Shown in pieces: positions 48,016-59,135 of a stretch of DNA of 64,000 nt. The notes under the pieces were generated by a model. It made no database searches and was not told where the DNA came from. It saw nothing but the letters and a program-made list of their open reading frames with translations. Source of the stretch: Bacteroidota bacterium (GTDB lineage: Bacteria > Bacteroidota > Ignavibacteria > UBA10030 > UBA8401); NCBI GenBank assembly GCA_027622375.1, contig JAQCAB010000002.1, positions 95,663-159,662 of the forward strand, given 5' to 3'. Each line of letters opens with the position of its first letter. Position 1 is the stretch's first letter. The translations under genes were made by a program, and so were the position numbers.

Positions 48016-48906
48016 TTACACCAAAAATAAAATTGCAACTCCACCAACTGCAATTAAAGTTCCCAAAATAGTTTTAATTGAAAATTTTTCGTGATGAATT
48101 AAATGCCCCAAAGGTAAAAGAATTAATGGGGAAGTTGCCATCAAAGTTGAAGCGATTCCCAATTTTGTATTTGCAATTGCAATCATGCTCAAAGTTATTC
48201 CTAAAAATGGACCAATAAACGAAGCGAACATTGTAAAATATAAAGCAGGTTTATTTTCCGAAAAAGTTTTTATCGGATTTTTATATTTTTTGAGTGCAAC
48301 CATAATTGGCAATAATAAAATTGCTGATGAAAAAATACGAATTTCAGTTGCAACAAAAAAATTAATATCTCCAAAAGCAAAAGCAATTTTTGCTAATAAT
48401 AATCCAACTGCGTGCCCAATTGAAGCAAGAAATGCATAGAAAATTCCTTTTGCAATTTCATGAGGGATAACGTCATCGCTCGATTTTTCTTCTAATACAA
48501 CCATAAAAATTCCAAAAATTGTAATTACAATTCCGGAAATATTGATAATTGAGAGTGTTTCATTTAAAAATAAATATGCAAATAAAGAGTTCATAGCAGG
48601 TACCGTGCAAGTAATCAGCATTGTAAATCGTGCGCCAATTAAATCAAAAGCTTGAAAAAGATAAGTATCACCAAAAACCAATCCACAAAACCCACTCAAA
48701 ATTAAGAGCCACATTTGAGTTGCAGTTAAATTAATTGGTAAATTGAAAAATAAAATTGTAATTAAAAGATAAAAGGCTGCAAAAAACATTCTTGTTACAT
48801 TTACATTTACAGAACCTACGCGACGTATTGCGCTTGTAAAAGACATTGAAGATCCCGACCAACAACAAGCCGCTAGTAATGCAGCAATTTCTCCTGATAA
48901 ATTCAT
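48016..48906 (-). CDS. EamA/DMT-family transporter
   Basis: Ten TM helices with duplicated EamA-like halves. Confidence 0.75.
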   Translation of the reverse strand: MNLSGEIAALLAACCWSGSSMSFTSAIRRVGSVNVNVTRMFFAAFYLLITILFFNLPINLTATQMWLLILSGFCGLVFGDTYLFQAFDLIGARFTMLITCTVPAMNSLFAYLFLNETLSIINISGIVITIFGIFMVVLEEKSSDDVIPHEIAKGIFYAFLASIGHAVGLLLAKIAFAFGDINFFVATEIRIFSSAILLLPIMVALKKYKNPIKTFSENKPALYFTMFASFIGPFLGITLSMIAIANTKLGIASTLMATSPLILLPLGHLIHHEKFSIKTILGTLIAVGGVAILFLV

Positions 48907-49014
48907 AGAAGCACAAAACTAACAAAAAATATTTTTAATAGCACTTAAAGAATTATTTTTGTAAAATCGAAATTGATTTAAAAATCTTTTTTCTAAAATT
49001 ATTAAAAGGAAAAA

Positions 49015-49740
49015 ATGGAAAACAAACTCTCACACTTCGATAAATTAACAACTATTTTTAGTTCACCGTCAGAGGTGTTTGATGATATTGTAGATGCTGA
49101 AAAAAATGCATCAAATTATTGGATTCCATTTTTATACACAATTGTAGTTGGTTTAATTTTTACTTTTGTGGTTTTTTCGGATTCAGCAATTCAATATCAA
49201 ATGGATGAGTTAAGTAAAAATAGAATTGAAAATTTAGTTACAAATGGAAAGATGACTCAAGAGCAAGCCGAAAAAGCAATTGAAGGTAATCCAGCAAAAA
49301 CGGGAAGTAATATGTTTTTAATTTTTAGTTCTGTCGGATATGTTTTTACAATGTTAGTTACTTTATTTGGTTCAGCATTTTTATTTTGGCTAGTTGGAAA
49401 AATAATTTTTAAATCTGCATCAACATTTGGAAAATATTCTGAAGTAATCGGTTCATCAATGTATATACTTGTTGCATCAACTTTAATTACGATGATGACA
49501 GTATTAATGAAAAGCTCGATTTATGCAACTCCAAGTTTGGCCTTTTTTATTGAGGAGTATGATTTTACAAACAAACTTCATCTTTTGTATTCATCCATTG
49601 ATTTAACAACAATCTGGTATCTTTCGGTTTTAGCAATCGGATTAAAAAAACTTTACAACACCACATTATTAAAAACAGGTTTAACTGTTTTAACTATTTG
49701 GGGAGTTTATGTGGCAATTAAAACATCAGCCACAATTTGA
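49015..49740 (+). CDS. YIP1-family membrane protein
   Basis: N-terminal 'FSSPSEVFDDIVD...WIPFLYTIVVGL' and a five-TM topology typical of bacterial Yip1-domain proteins. Confidence 0.5.
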   Translation: MENKLSHFDKLTTIFSSPSEVFDDIVDAEKNASNYWIPFLYTIVVGLIFTFVVFSDSAIQYQMDELSKNRIENLVTNGKMTQEQAEKAIEGNPAKTGSNMFLIFSSVGYVFTMLVTLFGSAFLFWLVGKIIFKSASTFGKYSEVIGSSMYILVASTLITMMTVLMKSSIYATPSLAFFIEEYDFTNKLHLLYSSIDLTTIWYLSVLAIGLKKLYNTTLLKTGLTVLTIWGVYVAIKTSATI

Positions 49741-49751
49741 TTCGGGTAAAT

Positions 49752-52001
49752 TTATAAAATTCCAATCGGATCAACATCAACTGTTAATTGAATATTAGGA
49801 TATTTTTTTTGGTGAAAATTAATTGCAGGTTCAATAATTGATTTTATCCTGCTGTAATTTTCAGCAAAAGGTTTTTTAATTTTTAATAAAACATGCCATC
49901 TATAAAAATTATTTACTCTTTCAATTAAAGCTGGTGATGGTCCCAATGTTTGGCAATTAATATTTGATTTTAAAATATTATTAAAAATATCTGTTGCTGA
50001 TTTTTGCGCTGCATCATTTGATTTAGATTTTACTTCAAATAAAATTAGTCTGCTAAATGGTGGATATAAAAGTTCACTTCTTGCTTCAACTTCTTTATTA
50101 TAAAAACCGATAAAATCATGATTAAGTGCAAATTGAATTGCATAATTATTTGGAGAATAAGTTTGCAAAACAACCTCTCCTTTTAATTTTCCTCTTCCTG
50201 CTCTCCCTGCAACTTGAGTTAAAAGTTGAAATGTTCTTTCAGCCGATCTAAAATCTGGAATTACAATTTGTGTATCTGCTGAAATTATTCCAACTAAAGT
50301 TACATGTTCAAAATCCAAACCTTTTGCAACCATTTGTGTACCGAGCAAAATATCACATTCACCAGTTGAAAATTTTTCCAGCAAATTAAAATGTGAATTT
50401 TTTTCGGTAGTTGTATCTAAATCCATTCTTACTAATTTTGCAGATGGAAATTCTTTTAAAATTTCTTCCTCAACACGCTGTGTACCAAAACCCTGAAATC
50501 TAATTTTTGAACCTTTACAATTTTCACAGTTATCAAATACCTTTTCAACATTTCCACAATAATGGCAACGAAGGTGATGAGCTTTTTTATGATAGGTTAA
50601 TGTAACCTCGCAATTTTTGCAATATTTTGTAAATCCACATTCCTCACAAATTAAAAGTGGAGCAAACCCACGTCTGTTTTGAAATAAAATTATTCCTTCT
50701 TTTTTTTGTAATCGGTCATTTATTTTTTCCTTAAGATATTCTGATAATGCCGGAGGATGCGTAAATGTTTTAATCTTTAATTCTTTTTGAGTTTGTTTAA
50801 ATTTTTGTATTTCAACTTTTAAATCGACCAAATGAACAACTGGCAATGTTGCGTTATCAATTCTATTTTTTAATTCAAGTAATTCAAATTTACCATTCAA
50901 AGCATTGTAATAAGTTTCGAGAGATGGAGTTGAAGAGCCGAGAATTACAATTGCATTATTTAATTTAGCGCGTATTATTGCAACATCCCGAGCATGATAT
51001 CGTGGAGAAGAATCGTATTGCTTGTAAGTTGTTTCATGTTCTTCATCAACAACAATTATGCCAATATTTTTTACGGGAGAAAAAAGTGCCGATCGAGGTC
51101 CGATTACAATTGAAAATTTTCCGTTATTAATATTTTTCCAAATATTTATTTTTTCAGATTTTGTTATTCTGCTATGAATTACAGCAACTTCATTCGGGAA
51201 GTGTTTTCTAAATCTTGCAACTGTTTGTGGAGTCAAAGAAATTTCAGGAACTAAAACAATTCCCTTTTTTCCATTTGATAAACATTCTCTGAGTGCTTCA
51301 ATGTAAACTTCTGTTTTTCCACTTCCTGTAATTCCATGCAATAAAAAAGTTTTAAAGTGATTTTTGGTAATTGAAGATTTTATTTTTTCAAACACACTTA
51401 ATTGTTCAGCAGTCAACATCACAGGTAATTGTTGTGTTGAAACTAAATTATTATCGACTGCAACAATCTTTCTTTTTTCTGCAATTAAAATATTTTTATC
51501 AACTAAATTGTGAATTACCGAAAGTCCAAGTTTTAACTCATTTAATAAATCAACTAGCTTTACATTTTCTTTATTTTTTAAAAATGAAATAACTGAATTT
51601 TGTTTTGCAGTTAATTTTAAATCAATTTTATTTTTGGATAGTGAAATAAATGTTTCGGTTTTCTCTTTTACATTTGGTTCTGTTAAAGCTGTTGGATAAA
51701 AACTATTTAAAACATCTCCCAATGGTGCGTGATAATATTCTGACATCCATTTTCCTAATTCAATTAAATCAGGAGATAAAGTAATATTATTTTCAGCAAT
51801 CGAAATTATATTTTTTATATTTTGGATTGTAGAAGTTTCTGGAAAACTACTTACAACTCCTGTTAATTTTCTTTTTCCAAAAGGGACTTCAACAATTGAA
51901 CCAATTGAAATTATAGTTTGTAACTCGTTTGGAATTTTATAAGTAAACTCTTTTTGGATTGGCAAACGGAGCACCACATTTGCAAAATGCTTCATCTTCA
52001 A
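49752..52001 (-). CDS. priA: Primosomal protein N' (replication restart helicase PriA)
   Basis: Walker A 'GITGSGKTEVY', DEEH box 'VVDEEHE', and a Cys-rich zinc module 'CEECG...CKNC...CHYCG...CENC'. Confidence 0.92.
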   Translation of the reverse strand: MKMKHFANVVLRLPIQKEFTYKIPNELQTIISIGSIVEVPFGKRKLTGVVSSFPETSTIQNIKNIISIAENNITLSPDLIELGKWMSEYYHAPLGDVLNSFYPTALTEPNVKEKTETFISLSKNKIDLKLTAKQNSVISFLKNKENVKLVDLLNELKLGLSVIHNLVDKNILIAEKRKIVAVDNNLVSTQQLPVMLTAEQLSVFEKIKSSITKNHFKTFLLHGITGSGKTEVYIEALRECLSNGKKGIVLVPEISLTPQTVARFRKHFPNEVAVIHSRITKSEKINIWKNINNGKFSIVIGPRSALFSPVKNIGIIVVDEEHETTYKQYDSSPRYHARDVAIIRAKLNNAIVILGSSTPSLETYYNALNGKFELLELKNRIDNATLPVVHLVDLKVEIQKFKQTQKELKIKTFTHPPALSEYLKEKINDRLQKKEGIILFQNRRGFAPLLICEECGFTKYCKNCEVTLTYHKKAHHLRCHYCGNVEKVFDNCENCKGSKIRFQGFGTQRVEEEILKEFPSAKLVRMDLDTTTEKNSHFNLLEKFSTGECDILLGTQMVAKGLDFEHVTLVGIISADTQIVIPDFRSAERTFQLLTQVAGRAGRGKLKGEVVLQTYSPNNYAIQFALNHDFIGFYNKEVEARSELLYPPFSRLILFEVKSKSNDAAQKSATDIFNNILKSNINCQTLGPSPALIERVNNFYRWHVLLKIKKPFAENYSRIKSIIEPAINFHQKKYPNIQLTVDVDPIGIL

Positions 52002-53281
52002 CTTTTAATTATTTGAGATTGGATATTTTTAATAATTTGTTCAGTTGCGCCAGCATTATCTTTAACAAAATTTAAAGATAAATTACCTCGATTTTTTAAT
52101 TCTGCTTGATTACTCAGAATCAAAGTTAATTGATAATAAAGTTCATCAGATGAATTGATTATTTTTGAAGCGCCTATTTTAGAAAGTGCAATTGCTTCTT
52201 GCGAATTTGTGTGCCTTGGACCATAAAAAAGTGGCAATCCAAAAACTGCTGGCTCTAAAACATTATGCACACCTTGTTTAAAACTACCGCCAACATAAGC
52301 CGCAAAAACATATTTGTAAAGTGTTGTTAAAACACCAACGCTATCCACAATAATAATTTTTTCATTTTGATAAGTTAAAATTTCAGAAAGTGTTGTGTAC
52401 TTAAGATGTGTAAGCCATGATAATTTATCTTTGAGTTCTTCAATTTTAATTAATGTTGGCTCGTGTGGAACTATTAATAAAATTAAATCATCAACTTCTT
52501 CAAGCAATCTAAAAAATGGAGGCAAAGTAATTTTTTCATCTTCTTTCCAAGTTTGTGCAAGAATAAATATTTTTTTTCCATTAAAAACTTTTTCGGGAAG
52601 AATTTGTTTTTGTTTTGCATCTTCTGCGCGATAAAATACTTGCTCGTAACGTGTATCTCCAACAACTTCAATTTTGCAGTTTAAATTATATTTTTCAAAA
52701 TTCTTTTTATCTTCTCCACTCACCGTCATTATCGAGTCAAAAGAATCATAAATTAATTTATGTAGTGGTAAAAAAAACTTCCAAAGTCGACCACTCTTAG
52801 AGTTTAAAGTTGCATTTACTAAAAATAAAGGGACGTTATTTTTTTTTGCCTCCCAAACTATATTTGGCCAAACATCATAACGAATAATTATCCCAAATTT
52901 CGGATTAACAATCGAAATAAATTTTTTTGCATTCACCTCAGTGTCAAAAGGTAAATACTCAATAATATCTGCATGTGGATAGTGGAGAGAATGTTCGTAA
53001 GCTGATGGAGAAAATAATGTTACAATAATCTTATAATTTGGAAAATATTTTTTAATAGAGAATATAATTGGTTTTGCTTGTTCAAATTCACCCATTGAGG
53101 AAGCGTGAATCCAAAGCCGTGGAAAACTTGGATCTAATTTTTGAACTGATTCTTCAAGTCTTTGAAAAAGGTTATTGCGTCCATCAATTCCATTTTTTAT
53201 TTTTTCTTTAAATAAACCAAATAATTGAACAACAATCCAAAAAATTGATAAACCAATATAGTTGTAAAAAAACTTCCACAT
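51998..53281 (-). CDS. waaA: 3-deoxy-D-manno-octulosonic acid (Kdo) transferase
   Basis: 'LWIHASSMGEFEQAKPII' is a KdtA/WaaA N-domain signature. Confidence 0.85.
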   Translation of the reverse strand: MWKFFYNYIGLSIFWIVVQLFGLFKEKIKNGIDGRNNLFQRLEESVQKLDPSFPRLWIHASSMGEFEQAKPIIFSIKKYFPNYKIIVTLFSPSAYEHSLHYPHADIIEYLPFDTEVNAKKFISIVNPKFGIIIRYDVWPNIVWEAKKNNVPLFLVNATLNSKSGRLWKFFLPLHKLIYDSFDSIMTVSGEDKKNFEKYNLNCKIEVVGDTRYEQVFYRAEDAKQKQILPEKVFNGKKIFILAQTWKEDEKITLPPFFRLLEEVDDLILLIVPHEPTLIKIEELKDKLSWLTHLKYTTLSEILTYQNEKIIIVDSVGVLTTLYKYVFAAYVGGSFKQGVHNVLEPAVFGLPLFYGPRHTNSQEAIALSKIGASKIINSSDELYYQLTLILSNQAELKNRGNLSLNFVKDNAGATEQIIKNIQSQIIKS

Positions 53282-54394
53282 TTATTTTTCTTCCTCAATT
53301 ACTTTTTTAAAAATTTCTAAAGTATCAAAAGCAGCTTTATCCCAATCAAAATTTTTTGACCACTCGACTGCATTTATTGAAAGTTGATTTAATTTTTCTT
53401 TGTTTTCAAGTAGCTCAATCATTGCATCTGCAAAGCTATTTATATCTCCATATTTTATCAAGAATCCAGTTTTACCATCAATTACTGCATCTCGCAAACC
53501 TTCAACATTGCTTGAAATTGTTGGCACACCACATGCATTTGCTTCAATTACCGTTAATCCCCATCCTTCTTTAATTGAAGTATTAACTGCAAATTTTATT
53601 TTTTGTAGATATTTTATTTTTTCTTCTTCGGATACAAAGCCAGCAAAGTAAACTGAGTTATTTATTTTTAAAAGTTCCGAAATTTCAATCAATCGTTTTT
53701 TGTCATCTCCTTCACCAACAATTAATAATTTAGCAGTTGGAAGTTTTATCAAAACTTTACTAAACGCATTTAATAAAATATCGATGGATTTATATTTTTT
53801 TAACCTGCCAAGCATTCCGATTAATTGTTCTGAATTATTATTTTCTGCATCGGGTTTGTAAATATTATGATCAACTCCGTATGGGATATGATGAACTTTT
53901 GATTTAACAAAATTATTATCTAAAAGTTCTTTTAGTGTACTTGGTGAGCCAACAATAAATCTTTTCTTTTTATAAAAAGGGAGTGAAAAAAATTCCATTA
54001 AGTAAACATAAAGTGCAAGCGGGAAAATTGTTTCTGAAAAAATACTTTTTCTAAATAAATGATGAGTTACACCAACAAGAGGTTTTTTTACATAAAGTGG
54101 AGTGAAAAATGGAATTTTATTTAAATCATCAACAACAATATCAAAATCATTTTTACGAAATCGAATAAGATATTCCCAAATTACTCTGAAGTTAAAAAAC
54201 CATCTACTTCCTTTGCGAATAACTTTTATTCCATCAACAACTTCATCTTTTTTTGCGCCATTAAATTTTGAACAAAACAAAGTAACAGAGTGACCTAAAT
54301 TGACAATTCTTTTAAAAACTTCGTGAAGGTGAGTTTCGGCGCCACCAGCTAAAGGATTTAATCTATCTTGCCAATTTAAAATTAAAATTTTCAT
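53282..54394 (-). CDS. Glycosyltransferase family 4
   Basis: 'EGWGLTVIEANACGVPTISSNVEGLRDAVIDGKTGFL' is a GT4 C-domain. Confidence 0.85.
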   Translation of the reverse strand: MKILILNWQDRLNPLAGGAETHLHEVFKRIVNLGHSVTLFCSKFNGAKKDEVVDGIKVIRKGSRWFFNFRVIWEYLIRFRKNDFDIVVDDLNKIPFFTPLYVKKPLVGVTHHLFRKSIFSETIFPLALYVYLMEFFSLPFYKKKRFIVGSPSTLKELLDNNFVKSKVHHIPYGVDHNIYKPDAENNNSEQLIGMLGRLKKYKSIDILLNAFSKVLIKLPTAKLLIVGEGDDKKRLIEISELLKINNSVYFAGFVSEEEKIKYLQKIKFAVNTSIKEGWGLTVIEANACGVPTISSNVEGLRDAVIDGKTGFLIKYGDINSFADAMIELLENKEKLNQLSINAVEWSKNFDWDKAAFDTLEIFKKVIEEEK

Positions 54395-54445
54395 TAGAAG
54401 TTGAATTTATTGAAAATTCCCCAAACTCCTGTTACAGAAGTAAAA

Positions 54446-55219
54446 TTAAATTTTTTTGCTGATAATACCGAATGAAAGCGAACTATTTATTGTAATTGGT
54501 TTATCTCTAAAGTAGTCGCGGATTTTTTTACGTAAATTTGTTATTGGCTTTATTGTAGTTGGGTAAAGTGGAAGCAAAATTCCAAATTTTCTGAAAACCT
54601 CACGAAAAGCTCTATAAAATAAACTTGGATACATCCACTCGCCATAAGAGTGTATAATTTTTAAATCAAAACTTTTAAGTAACAACTTTAATTCTCTGAA
54701 AGAAAATTCTCTCTCCCAACCAGCAAACCATTTATTAATTGCAATTAAAAAATGTTTTACAATTGTATAAATATGATAACGCTGAGGAACATCAACTAAA
54801 ATATATCCCCCTTTTTTTAAAACACGAATATTTTCTTTTAAAAGTTCAGAAGCTTCTTTTTCTCGAAAGTGTTCCAGTAATCCTTGATGGAAAACAATAT
54901 CAAATGTTTCATCCTTAAAAGGTAATTTAAAAGTATCGCCACCTAAAATTTTAACTGGAATTTTTTCGCTCTTTGCAACTTGTTGCATTATTTTTAAAGA
55001 TTGAACAGAATAATCGAGCTGAAAAATTTTTGCACCGGCAATTGCAAGCGGAAAACTATCACGACCAGTTCCAGCACCAACTTCTAAAATTTTTTTATTT
55101 TTTAGATCAATTACTTTTTCAAGATTACGAATTATTCTATCTGAATTTGAATAAACAGTTGAAAGATTATTTTTCTCATGCCAAAAATCTTCCCAATGTT
55201 TTCTATCAGATATCTTCAT
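54446..55219 (-). CDS. Class I SAM-dependent methyltransferase
   Basis: 'ILEVGAGTGRDSFPLA' (motif I) and 'ILVDVP'. Confidence 0.75.
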   Translation of the reverse strand: MKISDRKHWEDFWHEKNNLSTVYSNSDRIIRNLEKVIDLKNKKILEVGAGTGRDSFPLAIAGAKIFQLDYSVQSLKIMQQVAKSEKIPVKILGGDTFKLPFKDETFDIVFHQGLLEHFREKEASELLKENIRVLKKGGYILVDVPQRYHIYTIVKHFLIAINKWFAGWEREFSFRELKLLLKSFDLKIIHSYGEWMYPSLFYRAFREVFRKFGILLPLYPTTIKPITNLRKKIRDYFRDKPITINSSLSFGIISKKI

Positions 55220-55233
55220 ATTAAAAAAGAAAA

Positions 55234-57927
55234 TTATTTTTTAATAGTATCTTTTTGAAGCAAACTTTGTAAACTTTTTTGTGCTTCTAATTGTTGAATT
55301 CTAGAATCAATTTGCTGTGTAATACTTGGATCATTAAAACCAAGCTTCATTTTATTTAAAACCGAAATTGCTTTATCAAATTCTTTTTGCTCTTCATAAA
55401 TATTCATCAGCACTGTGTATGGATTACGGTAAGATGTTGAAACAGGTGGATTTGTAGCAAGCTCGGCAGCAAGTTTATTTTCAACCTCATTAGTTAATTT
55501 TAAATATGTTTCTTTTTTACCTGCGTAATTATAAAAGTTTGCAATATCAAATAATAAATAATTATCAACTGGAATTACACTACGAGGTAATTTTGATTCC
55601 ATTGAATCTAAAACCGCAATTGCTTTTGAATTATCTTTTAAACTATTTAAATAATGTAAAGAAAGTCGTAAAAATGCATTTCTGTAATTTGAAACTAATC
55701 TAATTACATTGTCATCATAAGTCACTTCTGGATTATTTAAATTACGATACATATAACCACGTCTAAAATTTTTAGATCCCAAATCCGGCGAGTTAAATAA
55801 ATTTTCAGATAAAATAGAATCAACAATAATTCCTTCATCGGATGGAGCTTCAACTGGAATTAGCTTCATTGCCAATCCATCCATTCTCATAAATTTACTT
55901 AAACCGATTTTACTATCTGGTGTTGAAGTTACAGCAAAATAAATTGGGCGCTTCCAATTATTTGTTCTTATAATATCATAAACTAAAATATCTTGAACTC
56001 TGATTGCAGTAATTTCTCCAAAATTTACAGTTGGTTCCCATGTAAAAGTTATAGATGTATCTTTTTTAGAAACTGTTTTTGCTTTTTCAGGATCAGAAAT
56101 TTTTAATTCACTTTCCAAAACTTTTGCTGGTAGTGGAAGTGATAAAGTTCTTTTTTGCCACTGTATTGGTTGAATCACTTCAATTTGTTCATCAGAAATA
56201 CTTATTGGAACTTTTTTAGCACCATGGGGTGTTTCGTTTTTTAATTGTTTGATGTACCACGAAGTATTTAACAAACTTAAATTTACAACTCTAATATCTC
56301 TACGAACACCTTCAACGTCTTGTAAATACCAAACAGGGAAAGTATCATTATCTCCGTTTGTAATTAAAATTGCATCTGGCTCGCATGATTGAAGAAGATT
56401 ATATGAATAATCCCACGCAACATAATCTTTTGATCGATCTTGAGGGACATAATTTGTTCTTGCCATATTAATTGGGATAAAAGCAAAACATAAAGTTGTA
56501 ACAATTCCCAAACTAATATCTTTTGTAACTGGTAAAGTTTCTTGTGCAAGAGAAATTAATCCATAAACTCCAATTCCAATCCAAATTGAAAATATAAAAT
56601 ATGCGCCAGCATAAAAATAATCACGTTCGCGCGGCTGTGGATCTTGCATATTAAAATAAATCGCAAGTATTAATCCCATTAATAAAAAGAAAGTGAAAAA
56701 CACAAACCCCATTATCCAATCTTGTTTAAAGTGAAAGTATAAACCGAATAAACCAACTAATAACGGAATTGCCCAAAGTTGTTTATAATTTATTCCAGCA
56801 TCTTGCGTATCACTATCGCGGCCAACATAATTCCACATCATGTAACGGAGAAACATATGATCAATTTGATATTGCCAAAAAAACTGAGAGTCCGATTTGT
56901 ACTTTGTATACATTTCCTGATGTTGAGGTTCTTGACTATATCGACGTTTAATTAAAGGGGCTTCACCATATTGCTCACGATTTAAATACGAAACCAATCT
57001 TTCTAAATTATCAGGATTATTTTCATTCATTGGTGTGTGAGCATTCGCGCGAATTATCACCATTGTATAAGTAGTGAATCCAAGAAAAATAAAAAGGAAT
57101 GAAAGTGATGCAATATTTAAATACCAATTTTTAGATTTTTGACTTTCATAAACTCCGTAAATTGCCGCTAAAATAATTCCCCACGGTAAAAATTTTAATA
57201 ACCCTTTTGCCGATAAAAGTTTTGGAAATTCTTTTACAATCCCTGGATAAATCACACCAAAAATTGAAACAGCAACTACACCAAAAATTATAAATGAGGA
57301 AATTGAAAATTCTTTTTCTTTAAAATAAATAATCATTAAAAATGGAAATACAACAAGCACGGCAAGTAAATGAACACCAAGCGAAAGTCCAATTAAATAT
57401 GCAGTCAATAAAATATATTGTCCTTTTCGATGCTCATCTTGTGATTGATGCCAACGAAGTGATAAATAAGTTATTGAAGAAACAAAAAACATACTGATAC
57501 CATAAACTTCAGCTTCAACCGCGTTAAACCAAGTTGTATTACAAAATGTATATGACAAAGCTCCAATAATTGCGGAAGAGTATAATTTTATTTTATCTGA
57601 AATTGATTCGTGTGATTTTCCCCAAAGCACAATTAAGCGGACAACAATTAAATAAATAAACATTGATGTTAAAGCTGTGCAAAGTGCTGAAATAAAATGA
57701 ACTCTTACTGCAGGATCAGCTGCAAAAGGTATCATCGAAAAAATTTTTGCAATCAATAAAAAAAATGGAGCGCCAGGTGGATGTGGTACTTGTAATAAAT
57801 ATGCTGCTGCGATAAATTCACCTACATCCCAAAATACTACCGTATCTGGTAATGTTAGAATGTAAAAAGTTAGTGAAATTAAAAATACAGCTACTGCGTT
57901 TATTTTATGAAAATTTTTAATATGCAT
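55234..57927 (-). CDS. DUF2723-family large membrane protein (glycosyltransferase-like) with C-terminal TPR-like region
   Basis: 'TVVFWDVGEFIAAAYLLQVPHPPGAPFF' DUF2723 N-terminus, more than 10 TM helices and a soluble C-terminal half. Located in the LPS-core neighbourhood. Confidence 0.65.
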   Translation of the reverse strand: MHIKNFHKINAVAVFLISLTFYILTLPDTVVFWDVGEFIAAAYLLQVPHPPGAPFFLLIAKIFSMIPFAADPAVRVHFISALCTALTSMFIYLIVVRLIVLWGKSHESISDKIKLYSSAIIGALSYTFCNTTWFNAVEAEVYGISMFFVSSITYLSLRWHQSQDEHRKGQYILLTAYLIGLSLGVHLLAVLVVFPFLMIIYFKEKEFSISSFIIFGVVAVSIFGVIYPGIVKEFPKLLSAKGLLKFLPWGIILAAIYGVYESQKSKNWYLNIASLSFLFIFLGFTTYTMVIIRANAHTPMNENNPDNLERLVSYLNREQYGEAPLIKRRYSQEPQHQEMYTKYKSDSQFFWQYQIDHMFLRYMMWNYVGRDSDTQDAGINYKQLWAIPLLVGLFGLYFHFKQDWIMGFVFFTFFLLMGLILAIYFNMQDPQPRERDYFYAGAYFIFSIWIGIGVYGLISLAQETLPVTKDISLGIVTTLCFAFIPINMARTNYVPQDRSKDYVAWDYSYNLLQSCEPDAILITNGDNDTFPVWYLQDVEGVRRDIRVVNLSLLNTSWYIKQLKNETPHGAKKVPISISDEQIEVIQPIQWQKRTLSLPLPAKVLESELKISDPEKAKTVSKKDTSITFTWEPTVNFGEITAIRVQDILVYDIIRTNNWKRPIYFAVTSTPDSKIGLSKFMRMDGLAMKLIPVEAPSDEGIIVDSILSENLFNSPDLGSKNFRRGYMYRNLNNPEVTYDDNVIRLVSNYRNAFLRLSLHYLNSLKDNSKAIAVLDSMESKLPRSVIPVDNYLLFDIANFYNYAGKKETYLKLTNEVENKLAAELATNPPVSTSYRNPYTVLMNIYEEQKEFDKAISVLNKMKLGFNDPSITQQIDSRIQQLEAQKSLQSLLQKDTIKK

Positions 57928-57995
57928 TTATACCTCAAATTGAAATTATTTTTTAACTGATGAATATAATTGGAAAGAATTTTTATTACAATAAA

Positions 57996-59135
57996 TTAAA
58001 GTAATTGCTCTATAATACTATCGCAAACCATATAACCTTTTTTTGTTAAATGGATAAAATTATTATTTAACTCGATATAATTTTTTTGGATGTAATTTTG
58101 AATTTTCTCTTTTTGTTCGATTGAAATGTTTTTATCATATATATTATTCATTTTATTTAAATCGATACCACTTGAGCGTAAGCCCAAAAATAAAAACTCG
58201 GTAGATAAATCCTTTTTTGTTAAAAACTCTTCCATCGAAATTGGTGAGATATTATTTTCAAGATCGTCACAATATTTTGTGATATTTCTGTGATTTGACC
58301 ATCTTTTTGCATTTTCAAAATTATTCTTCCAAAATGAATGTGCCGATGGACCAAACCCTAAATAATTTGTATGGTTCCAATAATTTGAATTATGTCTTGA
58401 GTGATATCCCGGTTTGCAAAAATTTGAAACCTCGTATTGCTCAAATCCATTTAGCGACATTTGATCTAAAATAAAATTATACAATTTAGCATCGTCATCA
58501 ACTGGTAAAGGAGAAACAATTTTATTTTGAACAAGTTTAAATAGTGGAGTATTCGGTTCAACAATTAAACTGTATGCAGAAATATGTTCAGTCGAAAATG
58601 AAAAAGCTTCATTTAAAGTAAATTTTAATTTTTCAATTGTTTGATTTGGGAGAGAGAACATTAAGTCAATATTCAAATTATCGAAGCCAGCTTTGCGAGC
58701 TAATTTAATTGCATCTCGAGCTTCATCGCCTGTATGAATTCGGCTTAAAAATATTAATTCATCATTATTAAAAGATTGAACCCCAAAACTTAATCTATTT
58801 ATTCCAAGTGAGCGGTATGCTTTTAATTTTTCTAAATTAACTGTTCCTGGATTTGCTTCAAGTGTAACTTCGGAAGAATCTGAAATTGTAAAATTATTAT
58901 ATAATGAATTTAAAATTAGTTCAAGTTCATTTGGCTCAAGTAGTGATGGAGTCCCACCACCAAAAAAAATTGTTTCAACAACTTCTTTATCGGAATATAT
59001 TTTTGCAGAAGTTGAAATTTCTTTTATAAGCGATTTAATAAAAATATTTTTTGAATCATGATTTTCAATACTGTAAAAATCGCAATAGCAGCATTTTGTA
59101 TCGCAATATGGAATATGTAAATAGATTGATGACAT
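57996..59135 (-). CDS. hemW: Radical SAM heme chaperone HemW (oxygen-independent coproporphyrinogen-III oxidase-like)
   Basis: 'YLHIPYCDTKCCYCDF' CxxxCxxC radical SAM motif. Confidence 0.88.
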   Translation of the reverse strand: MSSIYLHIPYCDTKCCYCDFYSIENHDSKNIFIKSLIKEISTSAKIYSDKEVVETIFFGGGTPSLLEPNELELILNSLYNNFTISDSSEVTLEANPGTVNLEKLKAYRSLGINRLSFGVQSFNNDELIFLSRIHTGDEARDAIKLARKAGFDNLNIDLMFSLPNQTIEKLKFTLNEAFSFSTEHISAYSLIVEPNTPLFKLVQNKIVSPLPVDDDAKLYNFILDQMSLNGFEQYEVSNFCKPGYHSRHNSNYWNHTNYLGFGPSAHSFWKNNFENAKRWSNHRNITKYCDDLENNISPISMEEFLTKKDLSTEFLFLGLRSSGIDLNKMNNIYDKNISIEQKEKIQNYIQKNYIELNNNFIHLTKKGYMVCDSIIEQLL